Source of the DNA: Phoronis australis
Lineage: Eukaryota; Animalia; Phoronida
Reading direction: 5' to 3'
Length of the DNA stretch: 64,000 bases
Assembly: GCA_002633005.1 (NCBI GenBank)
Contig: NMRA01000669.1
Coordinates: forward strand, 16,396 to 80,395
Below the pieces are notes generated by a model, which was given only the letters and a program-made list of their open reading frames with translations, had not been told where the DNA came from and made no database searches. Below, one piece after another: positions 12,751 to 25,760 of this stretch; position 1 is the stretch's first letter, and each line of letters begins with the position of its first letter. The translations under genes were made by a program, and so were the position numbers.

Positions 12751-13560
12751 CATAGGCGGATTTAGGGGGCTTGCCCCCCCCCCCTTGGTTGCCGCAGATC
12801 CAATTTCAAGTGTGAAATTCGGAACACGGCGCAATCGTAACGGGAACTACGGCTAAGTATACAGTAGGCTCCGCTGCGATATCCCAGACGCCACCGGCAG
12901 TGGCGCTGCGCACTACGACTTCGTTTTCGTCGTCTGCTTCACTGTGCAATGAAGACAATTACTTCATTTTTTAAAGAAAATGGAATCTGAGTGACGAGAA
13001 AAAACAGAAGATGTTGGTAAGATGTGAATGTTAATCGAAGCCTTAGTGAATCACTCAGAAACTGATAAATTCTCTCTTTGTCAAACCTTAACGATTTTCA
13101 AAGCAATCGCATCATTCATTAATGCCAGCACAAAAAAACTGATTTGGTCTTCTGGGCATCTTTAAAATATAACAAATTTGTTACGAACTGAGTGCACAAA
13201 ATATAAAAAGTGTAACAACCATTACAAAAAGAAGTAGGTTTCGCGCGCAAACGCTGCTGACCATAAACAAGTAAGAAACTACGTGTGAAGTTGTGGTGGT
13301 GCAGTGGTAAAGCACGTGCGCTCTATCCGCCAGGTCGTGAGTTCGAGTGTGTGTTGATTGCAGTTTTTCGAGTTTGACACGTTCTCCGTGTTTTTTTAGA
13401 TAATACTTCAGGAATCAAGGAAAATGCTTGATTTTTAGAGGAAAAACAGAAAAATTTTCCTCCCCCAATCCGGGGCTATGCGCATCTAAAATCGTGCTTT
13501 GAGCAAATGTTTACAGAAAAAAAGGTTGGCCCCCCTTGTGATATCCTAGATCCGCAACTG
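12751..13560. repeat. MITE-like repeat containing a tRNA-derived head at about 13290-13355
   Basis: Starts CATAGGCGGATTTAGGGGG, ends CCCCC..TAGATCCGCAACTG; internal A box TGGTGCAGTGG and B-box-like GAGTTCGAGT. Confidence 0.45.
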
Positions 13561-13579
13561 AATCATTGCACTTAAAGTA

Positions 13580-15288
13580 ATTCCCATAACCAAGCCTCAA
13601 ATGCTAAACCGATCAGCGCCATCTGGAGGCTTGGGGACGAAGCTGAAAAGGTCACATCAGGGTCAATTGTGTGTAAACACACAGCAAAACTGCCAATCGA
13701 TGCTCATGAGACTTTTTTGTAACAGATTGTGAAGTAGTTTTAGGAATCTTAAATTGGTAAAGAAATAGACTTTTGGGAAGAAATGGAATGAATAAAATGT
13801 CGCTTATGAAAAATTAAATTTAGCTTGTTAAATGCATTTATCGTCATTATTTTGACACTCGTCTCTTTATTTTGATACTAGTCCTTAGGGTTTATTTTGC
13901 ATTACTCATCTCTATTTACAGCCTCAAGGGCCTGCTTTTGTATTCATACATTTCTCTACGCCACTCCTGATTGGTCGCCCATATATCCTTTGTTCAGTTC
14001 AACGTGGTCTCTCATTCAGCCACCTACCTTGTCGTCTACAAGACCTACGTTCGTTCTCTTCATTTTTTCCCCACCCCCCATCCAGGGTGTCGGTTCCAAT
14101 TTCTCTTTGCTCATATACATTTCCTGTTAGGTTTTTTCAAGTTTTGTGTTCATGTTCTGTACTTTTCCATTAAGCCCTTCAGGCAGTTCTTTGTTTTGCG
14201 TTTTGTTCATGCCCATCTTGCAGAGTCTTAGTTAGTTTTATCTATTTACGTCATAATAAATGACAGTATTCCCAATCCTCCTCTTGTTTTACTCTGCAAC
14301 ACAGCTCGTGGCGTATCCCGGGCAATAATATTACTATAAAAGTTATTACAAGAAACTGAATACCTACAACTGTCTGTAATACTTGTGTTGACAAAGGATG
14401 TAACATTTATATATCTTGCAGATTATGCATTTCAAACAAGTTTCATGTTGGAATGGTATTCAATGTCTAGGTAATTTGTATTATGGGTAACTACACTTGA
14501 AAATGTATAGTGGAGTCTGTTAGTTTGTACTCCAAGATACTAAGCAGGCGTTGTTTTACTTCAAGGACTGCTATCAACGAGTACGGTAATGCTAATGCAA
14601 GCTTTGTACTGTACTAAAAGAGACAGGCACCAGGTTAGGAAACGCTGGTGACAGGGAGGGAGGACAAAGACTGTGTGAAGCTGCCAAAGTTGCCACCCAG
14701 TCCACTAACAAGCCTGAGACACTTTTGTAAAAAACAATTAGTTGCTTAGTTATTATGTAGATAATTTGTCATTTTTGTAAGTATTTTACCTTAGCACGTT
14801 TCATATTAATAAATGTATTAAAGAACAAGAGCTTTTTCGTCTTGTAAGTCACAAATGCACATGCAATTGGATTGAAATTACTACAAAAGCGCACAGTTGT
14901 AGGAGTTATAAACCTGAAGCATTGAAAAAAAACCTGTTTCGTTCTATCCACAAACAGTACTATTCCTGCATTGGGCCTGTAAAGACAACATTAATGGTCC
15001 AATACTGGCACTGTACTGCACTTTCGCCAAAGTAATTATTATACTGGCTTAGCATTAGCCCATTAATGGCCCCGTACAGGTCCAACACACTCTGTCAATA
15101 CTGGCGCTTTATAGGACCGAAACCGGTTTTGATGTATTGGCCCAGTAATAGCCTGGTACTGGCCCTTTAATGGCCCGATATCGCAATCTCATGTAACCAG
15201 CGGTTGTGGAAAATGTTATTGCGCCAGTACTGGCCTATATCACTGGGCCAATACAAAAGACAGTACAAGACCAGTATTGTTTACTGGG
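13580..15288 (+). mobile_element. Older partial copy of the CCCAGTAAACA-ended element
   Basis: Colinear with 23670-24682, ends TGTTTACTGGG, has TACTGGCC/GGCCAATAC subterminal repeats; interrupted at about 13826-14336. Confidence 0.75.
13826..14336 (-). repeat. Possible solo LTR
   Basis: Block of about 510 bp absent from the homologous element near 23900; minus strand has AATAAA and ends TTAACA; the 5' TG is not intact. Confidence 0.3.
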
Positions 15289-15410
15289 TAGAATTAACAT
15301 ATGGAATACAAATAGGGGATGCACAAAATGTTCATAAACACTTCTATGAATAGAAAATATTACTAATACCCTTCGCTAGGAAAGTGGTAGCAAACGACAA
15401 CAGAAAATTA

Positions 15411-15730
15411 TGTAACACGATGAATAAACTAAAACAAAGCCCACACACATTCTGCGACAGTCGCTAAGTCAGTTATGTCTCATCTGTGTTCTTCTTCTCG
15501 TCACGAGGGTCAGTCTCTTTCGCCTTTGCCGCTACATACCAAGCGACGCCTATCCCCGCTGGTACTGCAAAAAAAATTCCCCCTGGTACTGAAAAGAGAA
15601 TTAAAAGAAACGCGTTTGAACCAAAGCAAATTTTTTATTCATCTCAAGTTGTTTTGTGAATATTTGAAGATTTTCGTATTGGCCGTGTAAAGGATATCCC
15701 AAACTTTAGCCATTTTTACAATATTTCACA
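15411..15730 (+). repeat. Candidate 5' LTR of the Gypsy element
   Basis: TGTAACA...TTTCACA followed by degenerate PBS-like TGTGTCTAG, about 150 bp upstream of gag; no partner LTR found. Confidence 0.35.
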
Positions 15731-15879
15731 TGTGTCTAGCAAAAGACCAATCCGGGAGCGCATAAATCAGGGTTTACAGTGTATGTGATTGTGTGTTGAA
15801 TTGTTTTGAATCCAGTAATTATCATTTGAACACTAATTAATAAAGTGCATTCTGGGAATACTACCCTTCCTCTAAAATT

Positions 15880-16462
15880 GATTTTGAATAGTATATTGGG
15901 CAGGCGAAAGAGTTCGGTTATACCGGTGAAGAGTTAAGGAAGTTCAGAGGAGCTCTTGCAGCAGGCCTTGGGGCGTAAAGAGCGCGCCCATAAACGAGAA
16001 CTGGAACAGGAAAGGTTTGCACAGGAACAGGCAGAGCGTGCTCATAAACCAGAGCTGGAAGAGGCAGAGCTTGCAAGGGGACAGGCAGAGCTTGCACGGG
16101 AACAAGCAGAGCGGGCCCAAGCTTTTGAGATTGAGAAAGCAGTAGACACTGCAACCTCAGATTGAGTTCAAAGCGACACCGAGTGGTGAGGCTGCAAGCA
16201 GCAGTGTACGTACCAGTCGTCTCAAACTCCCAAGGTTTGACGATTGCGTCGAAGACATGGATGCCTTCCTCGCCCGATTTGAGACGGTTGCCACAAGCCA
16301 GAAATGGGATAAATCGGAGTGGGTTGTGGACTTGAGTTCATTGTTGACAGGTAAAGGCCTACAGGTGTTCAACAACATGCCGTCCGACCAAATTAACAAC
16401 TATGATCAACTTAAAATAGGCACTGCTGCACAGGTATGAAATAACCGAAGACACCGGGGTTT
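15880..16462 (+). pseudogene. gag: Ty3/Gypsy gag, part 1 (frameshifted)
   Basis: AKEFGYTGEEL, coiled-coil ERAHKRELE, then KLPRFDD..DMDAFLARFETVATSQKW.KSEW..LSSLLTGK. Confidence 0.85.
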
Positions 16463-18359
16463 CCCAGTAAACATGCAGGTACTGGGCCAATACTGACCCT
16501 GAAATGTCTTCTGTATTGGCCCAATGATGTAGGCCAGTACTGGCCCAATAACATTCTGCACACCTTCCCCGTATTGGCCCCGATACAAGATTGCGGTATC
16601 GAGCCAGTAAAGGACCAGTAAAACGCCATTACTGGGCCAGTACACCAATAACTGGTTTCGGCCCTGTCAAGGGCCAGTATTGACAGACTGTGTTGGCCCA
16701 GTACAGGGCCATTGATGGGCTCCTATTAAGCCAGCACACTAGCTGTGACTTTCAAGAAGAAAAGACTCTTGTTCTTTAATACTTTTATTACTATGAAACT
16801 GCTCAGGTAAAATACTTACAAAAAATTATGAATTATACAAATAACAACTAAGAAACTAATTATTTTTAACAAAACTGTCTCGGGCTTATTAGTGGACTAG
16901 CAGGTTCACACAGTCTTCACCCTCCCTCCCTGTCTCTAGCGTTTCGGAACATGGTGCCTCTTTTACTATAAAGTTTGCATTAGCATTACTGTGCTCCTTG
17001 ACCACAATCCCTGAAATTAAGCAAAAACTGCTTAGTATCTTTGAGTACAAACTAAAAGACTCCACTATACATTTTCCAGAAAAGTTATGCATAATAAGAA
17101 TTACCTAAAGACACTGCATATCATTCCAACAAGAAACTTATTTGCAATGTATAATCTGCAAGATATAAATGTTTCACTCTTTCTTAACACAAGTATTACA
17201 GCTGGTTGTAGGACTTCAGATTCTTGTAATAAATATTTTCAGAAACGACTTTTTATTCATCCCATTTCTTCCCAAAATGTCTATTGTCTATTTTTTACCA
17301 TTTTTAAATTCCTAAAAAATACNNNNNNNNNNNNNNNNNNNNNNNNNNNNNNNAAAAATTTCATGTGTGCTTCACTGGGTCACTACAGCCGTCCATATCA
17401 AATGCGAAACCCAATAAATTTACACAAAACAAGGGTTCGGCAAACCATGAGCAATTCAAAGGTGTCCTCATCCTCTGTATATAATACTACAAGGTATGAC
17501 ACTCGGGACAAGGAATGCCACGGGTGGTTCACTACCAGGAGAAAGATATATTGCTCGTGGTTTATAATAAATATAAAATAATTGCAGGCGGTCTGATACA
17601 CGTTGTACCAGACGTGCGCAGGCCTCGCATGTGGGCCCATTGCATTGATCACCTGGAAATATTTTTATTTATGCTCGTGGTTTGTTGGACCCCTGTTTTG
17701 TGTACATTTATTGAGTTTTGTGTTTGATATGGGCGAATCCCGAGTGTCCTATCTTGTAGTATATTGTGTGCCCAATTTGTATTGGCCATTGGCGACGATC
17801 AGAAGCTGAGAACGACTGTGGTATAAATCATGTTTTGTATACTCTTACAGACACTGGCATGGCATGCAAAGCGAAAAAATATGAAACTTACCTGAAATCT
17901 GAAGTTCACTGTGAAAATCCTTCACTATTCTGTTACACACGTTGGTTTCAAACTCTAAACAACTCAAGTGTTCTTCAACGAAAATTTCAAAATGGCGGTT
18001 TTTTTCATGAAGGTCATCTGGTGGAAAGTTTTCTTTAAAAAATAAAATTACAGTGTAATAAAGCTGCTGGTAATTAATTTTTTTATGAAAATTGAAAAGT
18101 TTTATTGTCACACATCTGATTTTTTTAAAAAACCAAAAGTTTTAGCCTTCCTGTGGGCAAGCATCTAACTGCCCTCTTGTGTTCAAGTCTGTGTTTACTC
18201 GTCCAATACCGGCGAGCCGCTAAGGGAAAGTTCACTGGGTTAATGTCGTGGGGACGGTACTGGGCCATTCGTGGCCCAGAAACGTAAACCGGTATACGGT
18301 ACAAGCGTTATCAAGCAACAGAAATCCAGTACTGGGCCAATACTGTCATGTTTACTGGG

Positions 18360-18519
18360 TCCCAGAAACTGCTCTCGGATCAGCAAGTCTCTGAGTCCAT
18401 CATAAGTCCGCTCCACCTCCGCCAGTTGTGTCCATCGGTGGAAGAATCTTTTCAGTCTTGCCCCGAATTTGAACACGTTTTCACCCTTTCAGGCTTGGAC
18501 TCTCTGAACTTCCCTGGAA
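18360..18519 (-). pseudogene. gag: Inverted duplicate of gag part 2
   Basis: Reverse complement of 20713-20872. Confidence 0.85.
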
Positions 18520-19471
18520 CCCAGTAAACATGACAGTATTGGCCCAGTACTGGATTTCTGTTGCTTGATAACGCTTGTACCGTATACCGGTTTACGTTTC
18601 TGGGCCACGAATGGCCCTGTAGGCTACCGTCCCCACGACACTAACCCAGTGAACTTTCCCTTAGCGGCTCGCCGGTATTGGACCTGTAAACACAGACTTG
18701 AACACAAGAGGGCAGTTAGAGGCTTGCCCACAGGAAGGCTAAAACTTTTGATTGTTTTTTTAAACCAGACGTGTGACAGTAAAACTTTTCAATTTTCATA
18801 AAAAATTAATTACCAGCAGCTGTATTACAGTATAATTTTATTTTTTAAAGAAAACTTTCCACCAGATGACCTTCATGAAAAAACCGCCATTGTGAAAGCT
18901 CCGTTGAAGAACACTCGAGTTGTTTAGAGTTTGAAACCAACGTGTGTAACAGAATAGTGAAGGATATTCACAGTGAACTTCAGATTTCTGGTAAGTTTCA
19001 TATTTGTTCACTTTGCATGCCATGCTATTGTCTGTAAGAGTATACAAAACATGATTTATACCACAGACGTTCTCAGCTTCTGATCGTCGCCAATGGCCAA
19101 TACAAATTGGGCACACAATATACTACAAGATATGACACTCGAGATTCGCCCATATCAAACACAAAACTCAATAAATGTACACAAAACAGGGGTCCTACAA
19201 ACCACGAGCAATATATCTTTCTCCTGGTAGTGAACCACCCGTGGAATTCCTTGTCCCGAGTGTCATAGTTGTAGTATTCACAGGCGTCCTCAGCTTCTGA
19301 TCGTCCCCAATACGCTACATATAATAGTATACTCCAAGGTATGACACTCCCGACCAGAAATTCCACGGGTGCTTCACTTCAGCCGTCCATATCAAACACA
19401 AAACTCAATAAATTTACACAAAACAGAGGTTCAGCAAACCATGAAGAATTGTCCTTTCTCCCAATACCATT

Positions 19472-19760
19472 CACGGTGTCCTGTTCCGGCGACTTTGTAA
19501 GAAATTCGCAGTCAAAGAACAAAAATGTTCACAAAAAACCCCACACACGTCCATCGGCGGCCGCTCGAGGTCAAGGACGGTACGGAAATTGTCGGTTAGT
19601 CGCCTAAAGTCACGATGCCGGTACTTCCGTAACTCACCGGCAATTTCCGTACCATCCTTGACCTCGAGCGGCCCCCGGTGGACGTGTGTGGGGTTTTTTG
19701 TGAACATTTTTGTTCTTTGACTGCGAATTTCTTACGAAGTCGCAGTAACAGGACACCGTG
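19472..19760. mobile_element. 289-bp hairpin MITE with CACGGTG...CACCGTG termini at the palindrome centre
   Basis: Imperfect TIRs of about 125 bp, with more mismatches than the flanking arms; short unique loop near 19600-19630. Confidence 0.7.
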
Positions 19761-20712
19761 AATGGTATTGGGAGAAAGGACAATTCTTCATGGTTTGTTG
19801 AACCTCTGTTTCGTGTAAATTTATTGAGTTTTGTGTTTGATATGGACGGCTGAAGTGAAGCACCCGTGGAATTTCTGGTCGGGAGTGTCATACCTTGGAG
19901 TATACTATTATATGTAGCGTATTGGGGACGATCAGAAGCTGAGGACGCCTGTGAATACTACAACTATGACACTCGGGACAAGGAATTCCACGGGTGGTTC
20001 ACTACCAGGAGAAAGATATATTGCTCGTGGTTTGTAGGACCCCTGTTTTGTGTACATTTATTGAGTTTTGTGTTTGATATGGGCGAATCTCGAGTGTCAT
20101 ATCTTGTAGTATATTGTGTGCCCAATTTGTATTGGCCATTGGCGACGATCAGAAGCTGAGAACGTCTGTGGTATAAATCATGTTTTGTATACTCTTACAG
20201 ACAATAGCATGGCATGCAAAGTGAACAAATATGAAACTTACCAGAAATCTGAAGTTCACTGTGAATATCCTTCACTATTCAGTTACACACGTTGGTTTCA
20301 AACTCTAAACAACTCGAGTGTTCTTCAACGGAGCTTTCACAATGGCGGTTTTTTCATGAAGGTCATCTGGTGGAAAGTTTTCTTTAAAAAATAAAATTAT
20401 ACTGTAATACAGCTGCTGGTAATTAATTTTTTATGAAAATTGAAAAGTTTTACTGTCACACGTCTGGTTTAAAAAAACAATCAAAAGTTTTAGCCTTCCT
20501 GTGGGCAAGCCTCTAACTGCCCTCTTGTGTTCAAGTCTGTGTTTACAGGTCCAATACCGGCGAGCCGCTAAGGGAAAGTTCACTGGGTTAGTGTCGTGGG
20601 GACGGTAGCCTACAGGGCCATTCGTGGCCCAGAAACGTAAACCGGTATACGGTACAAGCGTTATCAAGCAACAGAAATCCAGTACTGGGCCAATACTGTC
20701 ATGTTTACTGGG

Positions 20713-20872
20713 TTCCAGGGAAGTTCAGAGAGTCCAAGCCTGAAAGGGTGAAAACGTGTTCAAATTCGGGGCAAGACTGAAAAGATTCTTCCACCGATGG
20801 ACACAACTGGCGGAGGTGGAGCGGACTTATGATGGACTCAGAGACTTGCTGATCCGAGAGCAGTTTCTGGGA
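20713..20872 (+). pseudogene. gag: Gypsy gag, part 2
   Basis: KFRESKPE..ENVFKFGARLKRFFHRWTQLAEVERTYDGLRDLLIREQFLG; joins parts 1 and 3 when both elements are removed. Confidence 0.85.
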
Positions 20873-23800
20873 CCCAGTAAACATGACAGTATTGGCCCAG
20901 TACTGGATTTCTGTTGCTTGATAACGCTTGTACCGTATACCGGTTTACGTTTCTGGGCCACGAATGGCCCAGTACCGTCCCCACGACATTAACCCAGTGA
21001 ACTTTCCCTTAGCGGCTCGCCGGTATTGGACGAGTAAACACAGACTTGAACACAAGAGGGCAGTTAGATGCTTGCCCACAGGAAGGCTAAAACTTTTGGT
21101 TTTTTAAAAAAATCAGATGTGTGACAATAAAACTTTTCAATTTTCATAAAAAAATTAATTACCAGCAGCTTTATTACACTGTAATTTTATTTTTTAAAGA
21201 AAACTTTCCACCAGATGACCTTCATGAAAAAAACCGCCATTTTGAAATTTTCGTTGAAGAACACTTGAGTTGTTTAGAGTTTGAAACCAACGTGTGTAAC
21301 AGAATAGTGAAGGATTTTCACAGTGAACTTCAGATTTCAGGTAAGTTTCATATTTTTTCGCTTTGCATGCCATGCCAGTGTCTGTAAGAGTATACAAAAC
21401 ATGATTTATACCACAGTCGTTCTCAGCTTCTGATCGTCGCCAATGGCCAATACAAATTGGGCACACAATATACTACAAGATAGGACACTCGGGATTCGCC
21501 CATATCAAACACAAAACTCAATAAATGTACACAAAACAGGGGTCCAACAAACCACGAGCATAAATAAAAATATTTCCAGGTGATCAATGCAATGGGCCCA
21601 CATGCGAGGCCTGCGCACGTCTGGTACAACGTGTATCAGACCGCCTGCAATTATTTTATATTTATTATAAACCACGAGCAATATATCTTTCTCCTGGTAG
21701 TGAACCACCCGTGGCATTCCTTGTCCCGAGTGTCATACCTTGTAGTATTATATACAGAGGATGAGGACACCTTTGAATTGCTCATGGTTTGCCGAACCCT
21801 TGTTTTGTGTAAATTTATTGAGTTTCGCATTTGATATGGACAGCTGTAGTGACCCAGTGAAGCACACATGAAATTTTTGGTCCCGAGTTTCATACTGTGT
21901 GGTATATTTGTATAGTGTATTGGTTACGATCAGAAGCTGAGGACGTCTGAGTAAAACCACAGGCGTCATCAGCCTCTGAGTCTGACCGCCCCAAATACAC
22001 TATAATACAAAAAGGTCGGACACTCGATTTTTGTGTGAAGTGAAGCACTCATGGAATTACTAGTTCCGAGTGTCATGGCATGCCTTGTGGTAGGCCTGTT
22101 ATTAACGATGATCAGAAGTTGAGGATGCCTGTGATTTACCACAGGTGCGGAGGAAGTTCCCGATGACCCATAAGTTAACTATATTATCAACTGTTCTAAA
22201 TCCAAGTAAAATCTGTGTGCACCTCCCTCAGACTGGTATTGCATAAACAGGGATATTCCTGACCACATTTGAACCAGTGTCGTTTGGGTGCCCCTGATGA
22301 TAAAAATTATGTCTTTTTCAAAAAGTTGGGTCTGGCAGACTTTGTGTAATTAAGTGGTAACATACTGAGTTAGGGATTTTTTTGGTTTTAAACAAGGTCA
22401 TTTTATAAACCCAGAGTTAAAATACATTCAAAGCGAAATTAAATTATGTAAGCGACACTCAACTAGCATTTCGTGGGCGGACTGAAACAAGAGCTTCGGA
22501 ATCGCTTCGGCACTGTTTATGAAAAATCCGGATTTGTATGACAGTGATCTGCCATGAACGTCAAAAAATAATCTTGATTGGCTTCAACGTTTTTGTTTGT
22601 AAATCACCTCTCGAAGGCAGTTTTAATATGATAAAGTGAAAGAAGGAATTCAAAATTGTTTGGTGTTGATTTCGTTTAGTTCCATGCACATTTGAGTAGA
22701 AAATACTAAGCAAACCAATGTTTAAAGTCGAACCTTTATGTTTTAATATGTAGCCCAGTGAGTGACCTCATTGGTGATCGAGGAACAGATAAAGTGAAGT
22801 GTCTGGTTGATATTTACCAGTTTCACGCCAGCATGACTCTATTTGACTTTTTTAAAGTATGATAACAAATAATATTTCTGGCTAAGCAATTGAAAGTAGC
22901 TCCTGAACATCAGTTTTCATGAAACACCTGCTAGTATAGAAAAATTGAGAACATTGCGGGGGGGCGGGTTCATCTTTGATTGAATTTTTTGCTTATTTGC
23001 GTAACTCTTTTTAAGGATTTCTCCATAAAATTAATTAAGTTCTGAGTTTACATAGCTGATCTAGGAATGACGTGAACTTGAAAATTTGCTTCTGTAGCCA
23101 GTTTCTCCCATGCAAAGTTGCTTTTCCTAAGTTTGAATTCGACCTCCGAAACTGTACTGTGGGGCTTTAAAGATGGTTATGAAGCTCCATCTATTTTTAT
23201 ATGCCCATTTTACATGTTCTATTTCATTTTAGTTGTTTGACAACGAAACTCCAAATGCCCAAATATCAAAATCCAAAACAATGCAGGCTATTGGTTATCT
23301 CATGAAACGTAAACAATCCCCGTTTTGTTGCTGTGTTTACTTCTTTGACAACATTGCTGACCTTGTGCACGCGCGGCATCATTCAATAGAAGGGGCACTC
23401 AGCCTCATCTCCAAGCCTCAAGATGGTGCTCATCAGTTAAGCCATTTGAGGCTTGGTAATGGGAAATGAAATGTATCAGAATTTTCACAGAAATTGTCAG
23501 AATGTCACAAGTAATTTGGAAATTTTCTGAGAAATAAGTACAACCTTTACTTCAGACAATAACTTAAACAATGCTTTCTGTCGCATGAATGGCTGCAAGG
23601 TGAAAATAATTACCATCTGTCTTTGTTCAATGACGTCAAGGCATCGGTCAATCGTTGTGCAGAAAGTAAGTCCTATAACCAAGCCTCAAATGGCTAAACC
23701 CATAAGCGCCATCTTGAGGCTTGGGGACAAAGTTGAAAAGGTCACATCAGTGTCAATTGTGTGTAAACACAGAGCAAAACCATCAATTGATGCTCATAAG

Positions 23801-24682
23801 ACTTTTTGTAAGATTGTGAAGTATTTTTTAGGAATTTAAAAATGGTAAAAAATAGACAATAGACATTTTGGTAAGAAATGGGATGAATAAAAAGTCATTT
23901 CTGAAAATATTTATTACGAGAATCTAAATTCCTACAACCAGCTGTAATACTTGTGTTAAGAAAGAGGGAAACATATATATCTTGCAGATTATACATTGCA
24001 AATAAGTTTCTTGTTGGAATGATATGCAGTGTCTTTAGGTAATTCTTATTATGCATAACTTATCTGGAAAATGTATAGTGGAGTCTTTTAGTTTGTACTC
24101 AAAGATACTAAGCAGTTTTTGTTCTATTTCAGGGATTGTGGTCAAGGAGCACAGTAATGCTAATGCAAACTTTATAGTAAAAGAGGCACTATGTTCCGAA
24201 ACGCTGGAGACAGGGAGGGATGGTGAAGACTGTGTGAAGCTGCCACTCCACTAATAAGCCCGAGACAGTTTTGTTAAAAATAATTAGTTTCTTAGTTGTT
24301 ATTTGTATAATTCATAATTTTTTGTAAGTATTTTACCTGAGCAGAGTTTCATAGTAATAAAAGTATTAAAGAACAAGAGTCTTTTCTTCTTGCAAGTCAC
24401 AGCTAGTGTACTGGCGTAATAGGAGCCCATCAATGGCCCTGTACTGGGCCAACACAATCTGTCAATACTGGCCCTTTACAGGGCCGAAACCGGTTATTGG
24501 TGTACTTGCCCAGTAATGGCGTGGTACTGGTCCGTTACTGGCTCGATACCGCAATCTTGTATCGGGGCCAATACGGGGAAGGTGTGCAGAATGTTATTGG
24601 GCCAGTACTGGCCTACATCATTGGGCCAATACAGAAGAGAGTTCAGGGCCAGTATTGGCCCAGTACCTGCATGTTTACTGGG
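20873..24682 (-). mobile_element. EnSpm/CACTA-like non-autonomous element 2 (inverted relative to element 1)
   Basis: Same termini; GA 2-bp TSD, removal restores L-G-V-C-H codons; 23825-24682 is the inverse of 16463-17322. Confidence 0.8.
23400..23730. repeat. Internal inverted repeat (MITE-like)
   Basis: CCAAGCCTCAAGATGG..GCCATTTGAGGCTTGGT versus ACCAAGCCTCAAATGGC..CCATCTTGAGGCTTGG. Confidence 0.6.
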
Positions 24683-25574
24683 GAGTATGCCATCCTGAGA
24701 TGTCTGTATTCCTGAAGGAACGGAAACCGAAGACCTTCAACGAGATGTCCGCCTTTGCTCAACAGTACATGGACGCTCACTGTACTGATCCATTCGGCAA
24801 AGGGTTCGCAAAGAAAGACTTGGGACAGGTGGTCAGACGACAGGGACTGCCAAGCAACACAGAAGAACGAAGGACAGAGACACCTCGTTCGTCAATGATC
24901 AGGAACAAGAATGACATAAAGAGCCGATATCATAAAGGTGGTTTAAAGTTAAACCTGGTTTAAACTGGACTTAGACCAGGTTTAAAGGTAACAATCATTT
25001 CAAAAAGGTGGTTTTACTTTTAGACCAGTGGTCTAGTGAAACCTGGTTTAACTCCATTTTAGACCGGGTCTACAGGGTAAGTTAGTTTTAATTTCACCAA
25101 CGAGGTCTATATTCCTTATACCTGTATTTTAATACAGGTCTAAAGTTAAACTTGGTTTAAAATCTTAAAAGACATTCAACCAGGTTTAACTTTAGACTTG
25201 ATCAAACCCAGATTTAATACTGTTAAATATGGCAGACTTGCACGATACAGGTGCAATTGAAGGATGCCCGTTTGCGACAGTTACGGCAACGAGACAAAGG
25301 TACGCATGATGAGTGACACTGGATGTAGTAGTGCGGCGGTGAAGACGTCCTAGTCAAAGAAAGCCAACCGAAGGGGAAACAACACATCTGTGTGTTAATA
25401 GATGGGACAGCACGATCCTTTCCCATAGCAAAGATTGAGGTTGATACACCATACTTCGTGGGTGAAACTGAAAAGATGTGTATGCGAACACCAATCTACG
25501 ACCTCGTCATAGGGAATGCTTTTGGCATCAGCAAGGAACCTAATCCCAACTGGCAGCGACAAGGTGGTGCGTAA
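24683..25574 (+). pseudogene. Gypsy gag part 3 and aspartic protease remnant
   Basis: VCHPEMSVFLKERKPKT..EM...A.QYMDAH; then DTGCSS and LIDGT..FPIAKIEVDTPYFVG..PIYDLVIGN; interrupted at about 24920-25225. Confidence 0.85.
24920..25225. repeat. MITE built of AAACC(T/A)GGTTT / TAGACC units (Harbinger-like)
   Basis: Repeated AAAGTTAAACCTGGTTT in both orientations; interrupts the Gypsy ORF. Confidence 0.55.
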
Positions 25575-25594
25575 ATTGTAGGCCTACAGCACCG

Positions 25595-25760
25595 TCGGTT
25601 AGATCACTTGATCTAAAACTGAGAATTAAGGATGCGGTAGACATAACCCATTCATGGTCTTACCTGCAGCAGCCAGGGCTAACCCTGCAGTCGCGATAAC
25701 CACGTTTGAACTCTGATTACCCATTATGCTGAAAATAATGAGTTTATTGTGATAACAATG
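25595..25760 (+). repeat. Dispersed repeat, second copy at about 57483-57650
   Basis: GTTAGA.CACTTGA.CTAAAACTGAGAA ... CCATTATGCTGAAAA ... TTATTGTGATAACA in both. Confidence 0.7.

Larger units (their letters stand above)
16463..20712 (+). mobile_element. EnSpm/CACTA-like non-autonomous element 1 (includes the inverted duplication)
   Basis: CCCAGTAAACATG ... CATGTTTACTGGG termini, TT 2-bp TSD in gag, dense subterminal TACTGGGCC/GGCCAATAC repeats. Superfamily is inferred from CCC ends and the 2-bp TSD. Confidence 0.7.
17354..21878. repeat. 4.5-kb near-perfect palindrome centred at 19616
   Basis: Mirror coordinates sum to 39232; ORF pairs are identical or nearly so (18240/20756, 18565/20431, 19073/19866). 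Confidence 0.95.

Noticed and set aside
13290-13360. Functional tRNA gene
   Set aside because: Only A/B-box-like motifs; no cloverleaf stems.
14960-16740. Short recurring TACTGGCC/GGCCAATAC motifs as a CRISPR array
   Set aside because: Both orientations, irregular spacing and no constant repeat; they are transposon subterminal repeats in eukaryotic DNA.
19472-19500. True RSS / ProtoRAG terminus
   Set aside because: CACGGTG is heptamer-like, but no nonamer at 12/23 spacing and no RAG1/RAG2 sequence is visible.
17400-21970. Many duplicated 60-100 aa ORFs as a gene family
   Set aside because: Chance ORFs mirrored by the palindrome; no recognisable domains except the gag fragment.
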